Shown here one piece after another: positions 43,200 to 52,975 of a DNA stretch of 64,000 nucleotides (position 1 is its first letter; every line of letters starts with the position of its first letter). The notes under the pieces were generated by a model, which saw only the letters and a list, made by a program, of their open reading frames with translations, was not told the origin of the DNA and did not search any database. The stretch spans positions 211 to 64,210 of the forward strand of contig DATAVR010000139.1 of assembly GCA_036267635.1 (NCBI GenBank), in the 5' to 3' direction. The position numbers were made by a program, and so were the translations under genes. This DNA is from Polyangia bacterium. GTDB taxonomy: Bacteria; Myxococcota_A; Polyangia; Fen-1088.

Positions 43200-45155
43200 T
43201 CAGGCGGCGGCGAGCGCCTTGGCGATCAAGTCGGCGGGGACCTGCGCGGCCGGGACCTTCCGGCGCGGACGTCGGGCCGCGCCGCCAGAAAACCAGGACC
43301 GCACGTCGAGGTCCAGCCCCACGCCGTGCATGTAGTTGTAGAGCGCCTTGCGCAGCCCCTCGCCGAGGAAGTCGTGGTCGGTGCCGGTCGGATCGGCGAA
43401 CGGCAGCTCGTTGCGCGCGAAGGCGGCCGGTTCCCCGAAGGCGGCGGCCGGTTCCTTGAAGAGGCGAATCCCGAACTTCTTCGGATGCAGCCCGATCGGG
43501 CTGTGCACCGTGGCGGCGAAGCGGTGCCAGAACGCCGACTGGATGCACCCCTCGTCGAACAGCTGCCGCACCCGCTCGAGCGCGTCGATCGTCTCCTGCT
43601 CGGTCTCGGTCGGAAAGCCGTACATCAGGTAGGCGTGGACCATCACGCCGGCGTCGGTGAAGGCGCGGGTCACGCGCGCCACCTGCTCGACGGTGACCCC
43701 CTTCTGCATCAGCGCCAGCAGCCGATTGGACGCGACCTCGAGGCCGCCCGTGACGGCGATGCAGCCCGCGCGCGCCATCAGCTCGCAGAGCGCGGGGCTG
43801 AACGTCTTTTCGAACCGGATGTTCCCCCACCAGGTGATCTCGACGCCGCGCTCGAGCAGCCGCTCGGAGAGCGCGCGCAACATCGCCGGCGGGGCCGCCT
43901 CGTCGACGAAGTGAAAGCCGGTCTGGCCGGTCTCGGTGACCAGCGCGACGACGCGGTCGACGATCAGATCGGCCGAGGCCGCCTCGTAGCGGCCGATGTA
44001 GGGGAGCGAGACGTCGCAGAAGCTGCACTTCTTCCAGTAGCAGCCGTGCGCGAGCGTCAGCTTGTTCCAGCGCCCGTCCGACCAGAGGCGGTGCATCGGG
44101 TTCAGCATCTCGAACAGGGAGACGTAGCGATCGAGCGGCAGCCCGGCGTAGGTCGGCGTCCCGGTCTCCGTGTGCGGCACGTCGCTCGCCCTTGCGTCGG
44201 TCTTGAGGACCACGCGGCCGTTCTCGCGCACGAACGTCCGGTGCAGCGGCGCCGGCTGGCCCACCTGGCCGCCCGCGCCGAGGTGCCGCAGCAGGCTCAG
44301 GAGCGGGCGCTCCCCGTCGTCGAGCGTCACGTAGTCGAAGCTGTCGAACACGCGCGGCTCGCCGAGCTCGCGCAGCTCGGTGTTGACGTAGCCGCCGCCC
44401 AGGACCAAGCGCGCCGCGGGGCGCGCGCGCCGGATCGCCCGCGCCAGGCGGAACGCGCCGTAGACGTTGCCGGGGAAGGGCGCGGTGATCCCCACGACGT
44501 CGGGGCGGTGCTGGGCCGCCAGCTCGGCGCCGATCGTGTCGGTGAGCTCGTCGACCAGCGTGGCCGGTCCCTCCAGCGCCGCCGCCAGCGGATCGAAGCT
44601 GGCGGCGCTGGTGGCCAGCTTTTCGGCGTAGCGTGACAGCTCGAAGCGCGGGTCGATCCCGTCGCGGATGGCGTCGGCGACGTCGTCGACGTAGAGGCTG
44701 GCGAGGTGTTTGGCCCGATCGGCGAGCGGCAGCGCGCGGTAGGCGGTGGCCAGCGGCGCGTCGCCCGCGTCAGCCTGCTCGAGCGCGCGCGAGAGCGGCG
44801 CGAAGCGCGGCCCTTCGGGCAGGAGCCGCCGGCGGGCGATGCGCGACGCCAGCTTCGGATCGCGGCCCTGCAAAAAGCTGACGGCGGCGTCGACCGTCTC
44901 GACGTAGCGTTCGCCGTTGCGGGCGAACGCCTCGACCGAGGCCGAACCCCGGCGGGAGAGCGCCGCGCGCACCCGCCTGAGCCCTTCGCGGCAATAAAGA
45001 CGCAGAAACAGCTCGAGCGCCGGATCGGCCTGCGCGATCTCCAGCCCCAGCTCGTCCGCGTGCAGTCGCAGGAACCCCGCCAGATACGCCGTCGCCGGGT
45101 AGGGCGTGTTGAGCTGCACCATCGGCGCCGTCAGCAGGAGTACGCGCATCGGCAT
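43200..45155 (-). CDS. B12-binding-domain radical SAM protein
   Basis: N-terminal Rossmann-like B12 domain (VVGITAPFPGN...LVLGGGY). Cluster motif HGCYWKKCSFCD (CX4CX2C). GGLE and the downstream TIM-barrel pattern. Confidence 0.9.
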   Translation of the reverse strand: MPMRVLLLTAPMVQLNTPYPATAYLAGFLRLHADELGLEIAQADPALELFLRLYCREGLRRVRAALSRRGSASVEAFARNGERYVETVDAAVSFLQGRDPKLASRIARRRLLPEGPRFAPLSRALEQADAGDAPLATAYRALPLADRAKHLASLYVDDVADAIRDGIDPRFELSRYAEKLATSAASFDPLAAALEGPATLVDELTDTIGAELAAQHRPDVVGITAPFPGNVYGAFRLARAIRRARPAARLVLGGGYVNTELRELGEPRVFDSFDYVTLDDGERPLLSLLRHLGAGGQVGQPAPLHRTFVRENGRVVLKTDARASDVPHTETGTPTYAGLPLDRYVSLFEMLNPMHRLWSDGRWNKLTLAHGCYWKKCSFCDVSLPYIGRYEAASADLIVDRVVALVTETGQTGFHFVDEAAPPAMLRALSERLLERGVEITWWGNIRFEKTFSPALCELMARAGCIAVTGGLEVASNRLLALMQKGVTVEQVARVTRAFTDAGVMVHAYLMYGFPTETEQETIDALERVRQLFDEGCIQSAFWHRFAATVHSPIGLHPKKFGIRLFKEPAAAFGEPAAFARNELPFADPTGTDHDFLGEGLRKALYNYMHGVGLDLDVRSWFSGGAARRPRRKVPAAQVPADLIAKALAAA

Positions 45156-45168
45156 TCGGATGGATCGA

Positions 45169-45831
45169 TTACCTCGAAACGCGCAGCCGCGCCCGTTGCG
45201 GCGCCAGGCCCGCGCGGCGGAGCGTGGCGGTCACCACCAGCCCGTCGCGCATCGCCGCCGGGAACGACACCTCGACCGGGACCGTCTCCGTGACCCGACC
45301 AGCGTGCTCGCAGCGGCGGCACCAGACGCCACCCGGCCTGGCCACGCCGCCGCAGGTGGGGCAGAGAATCAGGAGCGGCATCTCGACGACCGCGGTGCCG
45401 CCCCGGAGCGCCTCGCCCGCGCTCAGCTGGAGCTCCAGCACACCGTCCGCGTCGAGCCGCGCGGCCCCGGCCGCGACCAGGCGCTCGAGCGGCCCCGAAA
45501 GCCGCGCGACGAGATTGGGGATCGGCCGCTGCCAGGAAGCGCTCCACCCGACCGCCCCGACCGTCCAGGAACGGCCGTCCGACTCCGACGCCGCCCGACC
45601 GAACGCCCGCTCGCGCTCGAACAGGTGCGCGTCGTACGCCGTGCGCGCCGTCGGATCGGACAGCATCCGGTAGGCCTCGGCGATCCGTGCGAAGGTCTCG
45701 CCGCTGGCCGCGCCGGCACGATCGGGGTGATGTTTCAGCGCCAGTTGGCGGTAGGCGCGCCGGATCTCCGCCCCGGTCGCGGCGCGCGCCACGCCGAGAA
45801 GAACGTAAAGGTCGTCGGGCCCCTCCCGCAC
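45169..45831 (-). CDS. J-domain protein with single Cys4 zinc-ribbon-like motif
   Basis: J-domain DLYVLLGV...[12 protein letters not shown] (HPD). Later CPTCGG...WCRRCEHAG. Lies 13 nt upstream of the radical SAM gene. Confidence 0.85.
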   Translation of the reverse strand: MREGPDDLYVLLGVARAATGAEIRRAYRQLALKHHPDRAGAASGETFARIAEAYRMLSDPTARTAYDAHLFERERAFGRAASESDGRSWTVGAVGWSASWQRPIPNLVARLSGPLERLVAAGAARLDADGVLELQLSAGEALRGGTAVVEMPLLILCPTCGGVARPGGVWCRRCEHAGRVTETVPVEVSFPAAMRDGLVVTATLRRAGLAPQRARLRVSR

Positions 45832-46071
45832 GCGCCGATGTTAGCGCCGGAACGACCGTTGCGGCGGCCGCACCACGAAGCCGACGCGCCGTTGATTTTT
45901 AGCCGAAGCCCGTCGAGATCAGTCAAGATTCGGCGTCGCCGACCGCCTCGCCGTCTGCTGATTCCGTGAAGATCCGCCCCCTGCCCCTCCCTCTCACGTC
46001 TTGAGCTCGAAGTCCGAGCCTCGCCTCAGGTTCTTTTCCCCTTTCATTAACTCCTTCGCTTCGGAGAGACC

Positions 46072-47583
46072 ATGAAGAGACCCCGGGCCCTCCTTCTGTT
46101 GGCCAGCCTCGCCGTCGCCGCGTGCGCCAACTCCGAACCTGCTGGCGGGGGAAGCGGGGGAGCTACCGCCTCGGGGGGAACCAACGGCAGCGGTGGGGCC
46201 AGCGGAAAAGGCGGTTCCGGTAGCGGCGGCACCACCGCTTCGGGCGGCGCGACCGGCAGCGGCGGCGCCACCGCCACCGGCGGAACCACCGGCGCGGCGG
46301 GAATGAAGGGGACCGGCGGCACCACCGCCACCGGCGGCGCGACGGGCACCGGCGGCGCGACCGGCAGCGGCGGATCGGCGGGCGCCACGGGAACCGGTGG
46401 CGCGGTCGGCAGCGGAGGCGCCGTCGGCAGCGGCGGTGCTGGCGCCACGGGCGGCGCGACCGGCGCCGGCGGCATGGCGGGAGCCAAGGGAACCGGCGGT
46501 GCCGCTGGAACCACGGCCAGCGGCGGAACCACCGGCGCGGGCGGAACGACCGCCACGGGCGGCGCCACCGGCGCTGCCTCGAGCGTGCACGTGGTCGGCA
46601 ACCAGATCTACGACGGCACGACCGTGATTCGCCTGATGGGCGCCAATCGCCCGGGGGGCGAATACTCCTGTGTGAAGGGCACCAACGTCTGGGACCCCGC
46701 CGACGGCTCCGGCAACAACCAGGCGACCATCACTGCGATGCTTTCGTGGAAGATCAACGCGGTGCGGATTCCGCTCAACGAAGACTGCTGGCTATCGCTC
46801 AACGGCGTCAAGACCGGCGGCACGACCTACCAGAACGCGATCCAGACCTGGGTCAACCTGCTGCTGCAAAACAACATCTACCCGATCCTCGATCTGCACT
46901 GGACAGAGAACAATGGGGCCCAGGCGACCGGCCAGCAGCCGATGCCCGACATGGCGCATGCGCCGACGTTCTGGGGTCAGGTCGCGGCGGCGTACAAGAA
47001 TTCGCCCAAGGTGATCTTCGACCTCTTCAACGAGCCGTACCCCGACAGCAACACCGAGGCCACCGCCGCCTGGACCTGCTGGCGCGACGGTGGCACCTGC
47101 ACCGGGATGTCGTACGCGGCCGCCGGCATGCAGTCGATGCTGACCGCCGTCCGCAACGCCGGCGCCGACAACCTGATCCTGCTCGGCGGCATCGAGTACT
47201 CGAACGATCTGTCGCAGTGGCTGACCTACAAACCGACCGATCCGGCCAACAACTTCGCCGCTTCCTGGCACGTCTATCCCAACAGCAACTACACCAACAG
47301 CCACACGTTGATGATGGACGCGATGGGGGTCGCGGGGATGGTCCCCATCGTGGCGACGGAGATCGGCGGCGTCCTCAGCGGCTGCACTGCCACCAGCGGT
47401 ACCGACGACGGCTCGTTCATCACCATGGTCATGAGCTACCTCGACGGGCTCAGCCCGCCGCAGAGCTACGTCGGCTGGTCCTGGAGCACCGACGACACGC
47501 CGGTCCTGATCTCGAACTACAACGGCACCGCCGTCTGCAGCGGCCCGACATACAAGGCGCACCTGCTGGCGACGCCCCACTGA
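46072..47583 (+). CDS. Glycoside hydrolase family 5 (cellulase-type) lipoprotein with long Gly/Thr/Ala-rich linker
   Basis: Lipobox LAVAAC. About 150-aa GGxxGxGG low-complexity region. Catalytic-type motifs FDLFNEP and VATEIG. Confidence 0.85.
   Translation: MKRPRALLLLASLAVAACANSEPAGGGSGGATASGGTNGSGGASGKGGSGSGGTTASGGATGSGGATATGGTTGAAGMKGTGGTTATGGATGTGGATGSGGSAGATGTGGAVGSGGAVGSGGAGATGGATGAGGMAGAKGTGGAAGTTASGGTTGAGGTTATGGATGAASSVHVVGNQIYDGTTVIRLMGANRPGGEYSCVKGTNVWDPADGSGNNQATITAMLSWKINAVRIPLNEDCWLSLNGVKTGGTTYQNAIQTWVNLLLQNNIYPILDLHWTENNGAQATGQQPMPDMAHAPTFWGQVAAAYKNSPKVIFDLFNEPYPDSNTEATAAWTCWRDGGTCTGMSYAAAGMQSMLTAVRNAGADNLILLGGIEYSNDLSQWLTYKPTDPANNFAASWHVYPNSNYTNSHTLMMDAMGVAGMVPIVATEIGGVLSGCTATSGTDDGSFITMVMSYLDGLSPPQSYVGWSWSTDDTPVLISNYNGTAVCSGPTYKAHLLATPH
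46129..46590 (+). repeat. Low-complexity GGC/ACC-rich coding repeat (Gly-Thr-Ala linker)
   Basis: Seen directly. It generates Ala/Pro/Gly-rich shadow ORFs on the opposite strand. Confidence 0.85.
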
Positions 47584-47602
47584 TCGGGGATATCATCGCC
47601 GG

Positions 47603-48049
47603 ATGGCGACCCCCGACGAGACGATCGACGCGGCTTGGGAGACGGTCTTCGGTACGCTGGCCCGACTGCGCGAGCGCTGGCCCTCGACCGACTGGTCGTA
47701 CGACCGCCGGCTCCGCTGCGTCGCCTCTTCGATCCCACTCGCCGGCGCGGCCGGAGCGCGGACCGCGTTCGCCGAGGCGCTCCCCACCTCCTGGTCCGCG
47801 GAGACGCTGAGCGGCGCACCGGCCAGCGTCCAAGCGCTCGCTGAGTCGTGCGGCGGGCTGCGGGCGTCGCAGCAACTCCTCTGGGGCGGCGACGCCGACG
47901 GAGCAGGCGCGTTCGGCCTCTGGTGGCCTTGGGGCGACGGGACGACAGTTACGTTACGAATCGGTCTGCACGGCCTCGATCAGCCGAAGGTTCGCTACCC
48001 GCGGCTGCGCGATGTTTTCGGTATTCCGCAGTCGCCCGGACCGGCCTAG
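47603..48049 (+). CDS. Hypothetical protein
   Basis: 148-aa ORF with high GC3, lying 20 nt after the GH5 stop. No recognisable motif. Confidence 0.5.
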   Translation: MATPDETIDAAWETVFGTLARLRERWPSTDWSYDRRLRCVASSIPLAGAAGARTAFAEALPTSWSAETLSGAPASVQALAESCGGLRASQQLLWGGDADGAGAFGLWWPWGDGTTVTLRIGLHGLDQPKVRYPRLRDVFGIPQSPGPA

Positions 48050-48247
48050 TCGGGCGCGATAAGACTCGCGCTCACCGAAATCCGGAACGCGACTGTTCGA
48101 TCTTCGGAGACCGCGATCTCGTTCGTGCGTGGCCTCACTGGACGCGGATCGTGAGATCACGCTGGTTTCCCACGCGCGCCCACCTGTCGGTGCGCTGGCG
48201 CGATGTTTGAATAGGTGCTGCGCGGTTCCACTACCTCGGAGGGCACC

Positions 48248-50473
48248 GTGTTTCGAACAATCCGTAGAGCAACGATTTTGACGATCCTTTCTTCCACCGC
48301 ATTCATCGTCGGCAGCTGCGGCGGCGAGCGCTCGACCTCAACCACCAACAACGCGGGGCTCGGCTCCGTCGACATCGCGCTGGTTCAAGGCGGCGTGACG
48401 CTCACGAGCGTGGGCTACGCGATCAGCGGCCCCAACGGCTTTTCGAAGTCGGGGACGATCAACGTCGCTTCCAGCACCACCGTCTCGGCGGTCATCGGCG
48501 GCCTTCCCGCCGGCAACGGCTTCACCATCACGCTCACCGCGACCGGCACCGATGGGACGACGAGCTGCGGCGGCAACGCGATGTTCAACGTGACCGCGGG
48601 GACCGTCACCAAGGTCAACGTCACGCTCGACTGCCACCAGCCGGCCAAGACCGGCAGCGTCGCGGTCAACGGCACGATCAACGTCTGCCCGAACCTCGAC
48701 GCGCTCTCGGCCAGCCCCGCCGAGGTGGCCGTCGGAGGGAGCCTGTCGCTGTCGGCCGTGGCGGACGATCCCGACAACGGCCCGTCGCCGCTCAGCTACA
48801 GCTGGACGACCAGCAGCGGCACGCTCGCCGGCGCCAACACCGCCAGCCCGAGCCTCGAATGCACCGGCACCGGCACGGCGACCGTGTCAGTGACGGTCTC
48901 CGACGGCGACGCGCAGGCCAGCTGCGCGGCGCATGGCTCGGTACAGGTGACCTGCAGCGGCCACAACGACGCGGCCCTGCTCGTTCCCACCGCCACGCCG
49001 ATCAAGCACGTGGTGGTGGTGTTCGGCGAGAACATCTCGTTCGACCATTACTTCGGCACCTACCCCGGCAGCAACAACCTGCTCACACCGCTCGACACCA
49101 CCAACGGCTTCGCGCCGCTGGCGGGGGTCGACCTCCTCAACCACAACCCGGTCGCGGCCAACGCGGCCAACGGCACGGGGGCGGTCAACCCGTTCCTGCT
49201 CACCGGGCCGGCGCAGGCCTTCACCAACGACATGGGTCACAACTACAAGCCCGAGCAGCAGGCCTCGGACAACGGCGCGATGGACCTCTTCCCGGAGTTC
49301 ACGGGCACCGCGGGACCACCGCCGGGCTCGCCGGCCGCCGCGCTGACCAAGGGGCTGGTGATGGCGTACTACGACAGCGGCACCGTCGGCGAATACTGGA
49401 GCATCGCGCAGCAGTTCGCGCTCAACGACAACTCCTGGACCACGATGTTCGGCCCCTCCACGCCGGGCGCCATCAACCTCATCTCCGGCCAGACGAACGG
49501 CTTCGGCGCCACCAACAAGGACCCGGCGACGTTCTCCACCAGCCACGTCTCGCCCGACGGCAATGGCGGCTGGACGATGATCGGCGACACCGACCCGCTG
49601 CACGACGTCTGCTCCACCTCCACGGAGCAGAATCTCTTCGTCGGGCAGAACATCGGTGATCTGCTCAACGCCAAGAGCCTCACCTGGGGCTGGTTCGAGG
49701 GCGGCTTCGACCTGACGGCCACCAACGCCAACGGGACGACCGGCTGCCAGCGCGAGACGGATCCGACGGTGCCGTTCCCGGCCGGCGAGGTCTCGGCGGA
49801 TTACATCCCGCACCACGCGCCCTTCCAATACTACGCGTCGACCGCCAACCCGACCCACGCGCGTCCTGGTTCGATCGCCGCGATCGGCTCGACCGACGCG
49901 GCCAACCACAACTACGACTCCACGGACTTCTTCGCCGCGCTGGCGGCGGGGAACCTGCCGTCGGTCGTCTACCTGAAGGCGCCGGCGTTCCAGGACGGCC
50001 ACGCCGGCTACTCCGACCCGGTCGACGAAATGAACTTCGTCACCAAGGTGATGACGGCCCTCCAGGGCAGTCAGGAGTGGGCATCCACGGCGGTCATCTT
50101 CGACTACGACGACTCGGACGGCTGGTATGACCACCAGGCGCCCCCGGTCGTGAACCCGTCGACCGCCGCGATCGACGCCCTCAACGGCCCCGGTGTCTGC
50201 ACGCATGGGGCGCAGCAGACCGGTCCCGCTCCGGCGACGCCGCTCCTCGGCGCCGACGGCAAGCCGGCCATGGGCCGCTGCGGCTACGGGACGCGCGTCC
50301 CGATGCTGGTCGCGTCGCCGTTCGCCAAGAAGGGCTTCGTCGACCACACGCTGACCGACCAGACCTCGGTCCTCAAGTTCGTCGAGGACAACTGGCTCGC
50401 CGGGCAGCGCATCCAGGCCGGTGGGTCGTTCGACACCGTCGCCGGCTCGATTCAGAACATGTTCAGCTTCTGA
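48248..50473 (+). CDS. Phosphoesterase family (phospholipase C / AcpA type) lipoprotein with N-terminal Ig-like domains
   Basis: GTG 48248 after GGAGGG gives MFRTIRRATILTILSSTAFIVGSC. About 230 aa of beta-rich Ig-like repeats. Then VVVVFGENISFDHYFG, MGHNYKPEQ and YDDSDGWYDH. Confidence 0.85.
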   Translation: MFRTIRRATILTILSSTAFIVGSCGGERSTSTTNNAGLGSVDIALVQGGVTLTSVGYAISGPNGFSKSGTINVASSTTVSAVIGGLPAGNGFTITLTATGTDGTTSCGGNAMFNVTAGTVTKVNVTLDCHQPAKTGSVAVNGTINVCPNLDALSASPAEVAVGGSLSLSAVADDPDNGPSPLSYSWTTSSGTLAGANTASPSLECTGTGTATVSVTVSDGDAQASCAAHGSVQVTCSGHNDAALLVPTATPIKHVVVVFGENISFDHYFGTYPGSNNLLTPLDTTNGFAPLAGVDLLNHNPVAANAANGTGAVNPFLLTGPAQAFTNDMGHNYKPEQQASDNGAMDLFPEFTGTAGPPPGSPAAALTKGLVMAYYDSGTVGEYWSIAQQFALNDNSWTTMFGPSTPGAINLISGQTNGFGATNKDPATFSTSHVSPDGNGGWTMIGDTDPLHDVCSTSTEQNLFVGQNIGDLLNAKSLTWGWFEGGFDLTATNANGTTGCQRETDPTVPFPAGEVSADYIPHHAPFQYYASTANPTHARPGSIAAIGSTDAANHNYDSTDFFAALAAGNLPSVVYLKAPAFQDGHAGYSDPVDEMNFVTKVMTALQGSQEWASTAVIFDYDDSDGWYDHQAPPVVNPSTAAIDALNGPGVCTHGAQQTGPAPATPLLGADGKPAMGRCGYGTRVPMLVASPFAKKGFVDHTLTDQTSVLKFVEDNWLAGQRIQAGGSFDTVAGSIQNMFSF

Positions 50474-50535
50474 TCGACCGACCTCGTTCGTAACCGCACG
50501 GCGGCAGACCGCAGGGTCTGCCGCCGCTCTTCATT

Positions 50536-52227
50536 GTGATTCATTCGTCACTATCGACACCTGCCGTTCGGAAATATGTTGGGCGCTTGATTCGCCGCCG
50601 GAAATTCCTGGCTCTCGCTGCGGCCTCGGTCCCGGCCTGGGCTTGCCGCCGGAGCGTGCTCGCCCCGGCGCCGCCCACCGAACGGCCGCCGGCGGCTCCG
50701 CCCGCCGGGACCGGCGAGGGCCCGCCGCTCCACCCCGACGCGCTCGCGCGCTTCGTCGACCCGCTGCCGATCCCCCGCACGCTGGCGCCGCAAGGAACCC
50801 GCCCCGACCCGCGCGATCCGACCAAGCAGGTCGCCTTTTACAAAGTCGCCATGGCCGAGGTGCTCGCCAAGATCCACCGCGACGTCCCCGCCACCCGCTT
50901 CTGGGGTTATGCCGGCAGCTTCCCCGGCCCGACCATCGAAGCCCGCGGCAGCCAGGGCGTCCTCATCGAGTGGGTGAACCAGCTGCCCACCCGTCACTTC
51001 CTTCCCATCGACCACACCCTCTGCGGCGCCGGCAAGGATCGCCCGGACGTCCGCGCCGTCACCCACGTGCACGGCGCGAAGGCGCCTCCGGAGAGCGACG
51101 GCTATCCCGAAAACTGGACGACGCCCGGACAGTCCTCGCTGTTTCACTACCCGAACCAGCAGGAGGCGGCGACGCTCTGGTACCACGACCACGCGATGGG
51201 AATCGAGCGCCTCAATCAGTACGCCGGCCTCCTCGGCGTCTACCTGATCCGCGACGCGGCAGAAGAGACGCTCGACCTGCCGCGCGCCCCTTACGAGCTG
51301 CCGCTGGTGCTCTGCGACCGGCTGTTCGGGCAGGACGGCCAGCTTCGATACTCGACCTCCGGCGCACCTGACGCCCCCTGGATCCCCGAGATCTACTGCG
51401 ACGCCCACCTGGTGAACGGGAAGTTGTTCCCGTACCTGGACGTCGAGCCGCGCCGCTACCGATTTCGCGTGGTCAACGCCTCGAACTCGCGGTTTTACGA
51501 CCTGTCGTTTTCGAACGGCGGCGCTTTCCATCAGATCGGAACCGACCAGGGCCTCCTGCCGGCGCCCGTTCCGCTCACCGCGCTGACGTTGGCGCCGGCC
51601 GAGCGCGCCGACCTGCTGGTCGATTTCAGCGCCGGCGCCGGTCAAAAGATCCTGCTCGAGAGCCAGGCGTTCGAGCTCATGCAGTTCCGCGTCGCCGCCG
51701 GCCCCCGGGCACGACCGACGCCGCTGCCGCGGAAGTTGCGCCCGGTCCGGAAGATCGCCGAGTCGGCGGCGGTTGTCACCCGAACCCTGAAGCTGAATGA
51801 GTACCACGACCCTCAGGCCCACCGGATGCTCATGCTCCTCGACGGCAAGCACTGGCACGACCCCGTGAGCGAGAAGCCCGAGCTCGACAGCGTCGAGATC
51901 TGGCAGCTCATGAACCTGACCGAGGACAGCCACCCCATCCATCTGCACCTGGTGCGCTTCCAGATCCTCAACCGCCAGCTGTTCGACGCCGACGAGTACC
52001 GGACTTCCGGAAAGCTGGAGCTGGTGCGCGCGCCGATGCCGCCGGCGCTCAATGAGGCGGGGTGGAAGGACACCGTCCGCGTCGATCCCGGAACGATTAC
52101 CCGAATCATCGTGAAGTTCGAGGGTTACACCGGCCGCTACGTCTGGCACTGCCACCTGCTGGAGCACGCCGCCAACGAGATGATGCGCCCCTTCGAGGTG
52201 GTCGCCCGGCCGACCTCAGCGGGATGA
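50536..52227 (+). CDS. Multicopper oxidase (CotA / bilirubin-oxidase-like), Tat signal
   Basis: RRRKFLALAAA twin-arginine region. Copper motifs HVHG, WYHDH, HPIHLHL and HCHLLEHAANEMM. Start uncertain (GTG 50536 or TTG 50587). Confidence 0.9.
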   Translation: MIHSSLSTPAVRKYVGRLIRRRKFLALAAASVPAWACRRSVLAPAPPTERPPAAPPAGTGEGPPLHPDALARFVDPLPIPRTLAPQGTRPDPRDPTKQVAFYKVAMAEVLAKIHRDVPATRFWGYAGSFPGPTIEARGSQGVLIEWVNQLPTRHFLPIDHTLCGAGKDRPDVRAVTHVHGAKAPPESDGYPENWTTPGQSSLFHYPNQQEAATLWYHDHAMGIERLNQYAGLLGVYLIRDAAEETLDLPRAPYELPLVLCDRLFGQDGQLRYSTSGAPDAPWIPEIYCDAHLVNGKLFPYLDVEPRRYRFRVVNASNSRFYDLSFSNGGAFHQIGTDQGLLPAPVPLTALTLAPAERADLLVDFSAGAGQKILLESQAFELMQFRVAAGPRARPTPLPRKLRPVRKIAESAAVVTRTLKLNEYHDPQAHRMLMLLDGKHWHDPVSEKPELDSVEIWQLMNLTEDSHPIHLHLVRFQILNRQLFDADEYRTSGKLELVRAPMPPALNEAGWKDTVRVDPGTITRIIVKFEGYTGRYVWHCHLLEHAANEMMRPFEVVARPTSAG

Positions 52228-52322
52228 CCGGGATGACTTGTGACACGACCCCGGCTTGCTGGCGCTCCGGGTGTGGAGTAGCTTTCAGGCGCTTTCTGCA
52301 GGACTTCTAGGACTTCGCCCCC

Positions 52323-52868
52323 GTGTTTGGACTCGTCCTCACCCTCGCCGTATCCGTGGTGCCGGCCATGCCGTCGGCCGTGGCGGGCATGCCTTCGGCG
52401 AGCGTGACCTGTCCCGGATGGCCGGCCAGCTGCGACGGCGCCTGGGGGGCCATGCCGGCGAATGCGCCGGCCGACGCGGCGACGGACGACGGTCCGCACG
52501 ACTACGCCACGCCCGCCGAGATCGACTGCCCGACGCCACCCGAGCCGGCCCCGGTGCTGCCGGTCGCCACCGGCGAGTGCAGCGAGCCGCCGCTCAACCT
52601 CTGGTACCGCGTTTCGCGGTTCCCCGAGAGCGAAGCGCCCACGGGCTCCCTCGCGCCGGCGCCGCGCCGCACCCGCGCGGGCAAGGGCGTCTCTGCCGGG
52701 GGCGCGCAGGACGTCGGCGGCCATCTGTCGGCGCCCGACCTTCAGCCGCTGGCGCTGTTCGCGCTGCCCGGCCTCGTCCCGACCAGCGGGCGCGATCTCT
52801 CGGACGTTTCGACGCGGGTCATTCCAGCCCGTGCGCTCGCGCCGCCCGATCGGCCGCCTCGCGCCTGA
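52323..52868 (+). CDS. Pro-rich secreted hypothetical protein
   Basis: High GC3 in this frame and a hydrophobic N-terminus. Competing ORFs exist on both strands, so this call is weak. Confidence 0.4.
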   Translation: MFGLVLTLAVSVVPAMPSAVAGMPSASVTCPGWPASCDGAWGAMPANAPADAATDDGPHDYATPAEIDCPTPPEPAPVLPVATGECSEPPLNLWYRVSRFPESEAPTGSLAPAPRRTRAGKGVSAGGAQDVGGHLSAPDLQPLALFALPGLVPTSGRDLSDVSTRVIPARALAPPDRPPRA

Positions 52869-52975
52869 CCGCGGTTCGAGGTCCTTCGATTTGACGCGCG
52901 TGTGGGGCGTGCCGCGCCCCCGCAAGCGCCAGGTTTTCGTCGCGCGGCGTTTTCGATTGGGAAATGGAGCTGATC

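Noticed and set aside
42483-45900. Search for a RiPP precursor peptide next to the B12 radical SAM gene
   Set aside because: There is no short ORF with an SD site in the 13-nt and 2-nt gaps or in the flanking spacers. The only small ORF (42294..42482) is convergent and has no Cys/Ser/Thr-rich core.
45994-46601. Ala/Pro/Gly-rich minus-strand ORFs (198 and 184 aa)
   Set aside because: They are reverse-complement shadows of the GGC/ACC-rich GH5 linker.
52137-52925. 262-aa minus-strand ORF and 212-aa + ORF competing with 52323..52868
   Set aside because: Their third-position GC and composition fit coding less well than the 52323 frame. Even the chosen frame is only weakly supported.
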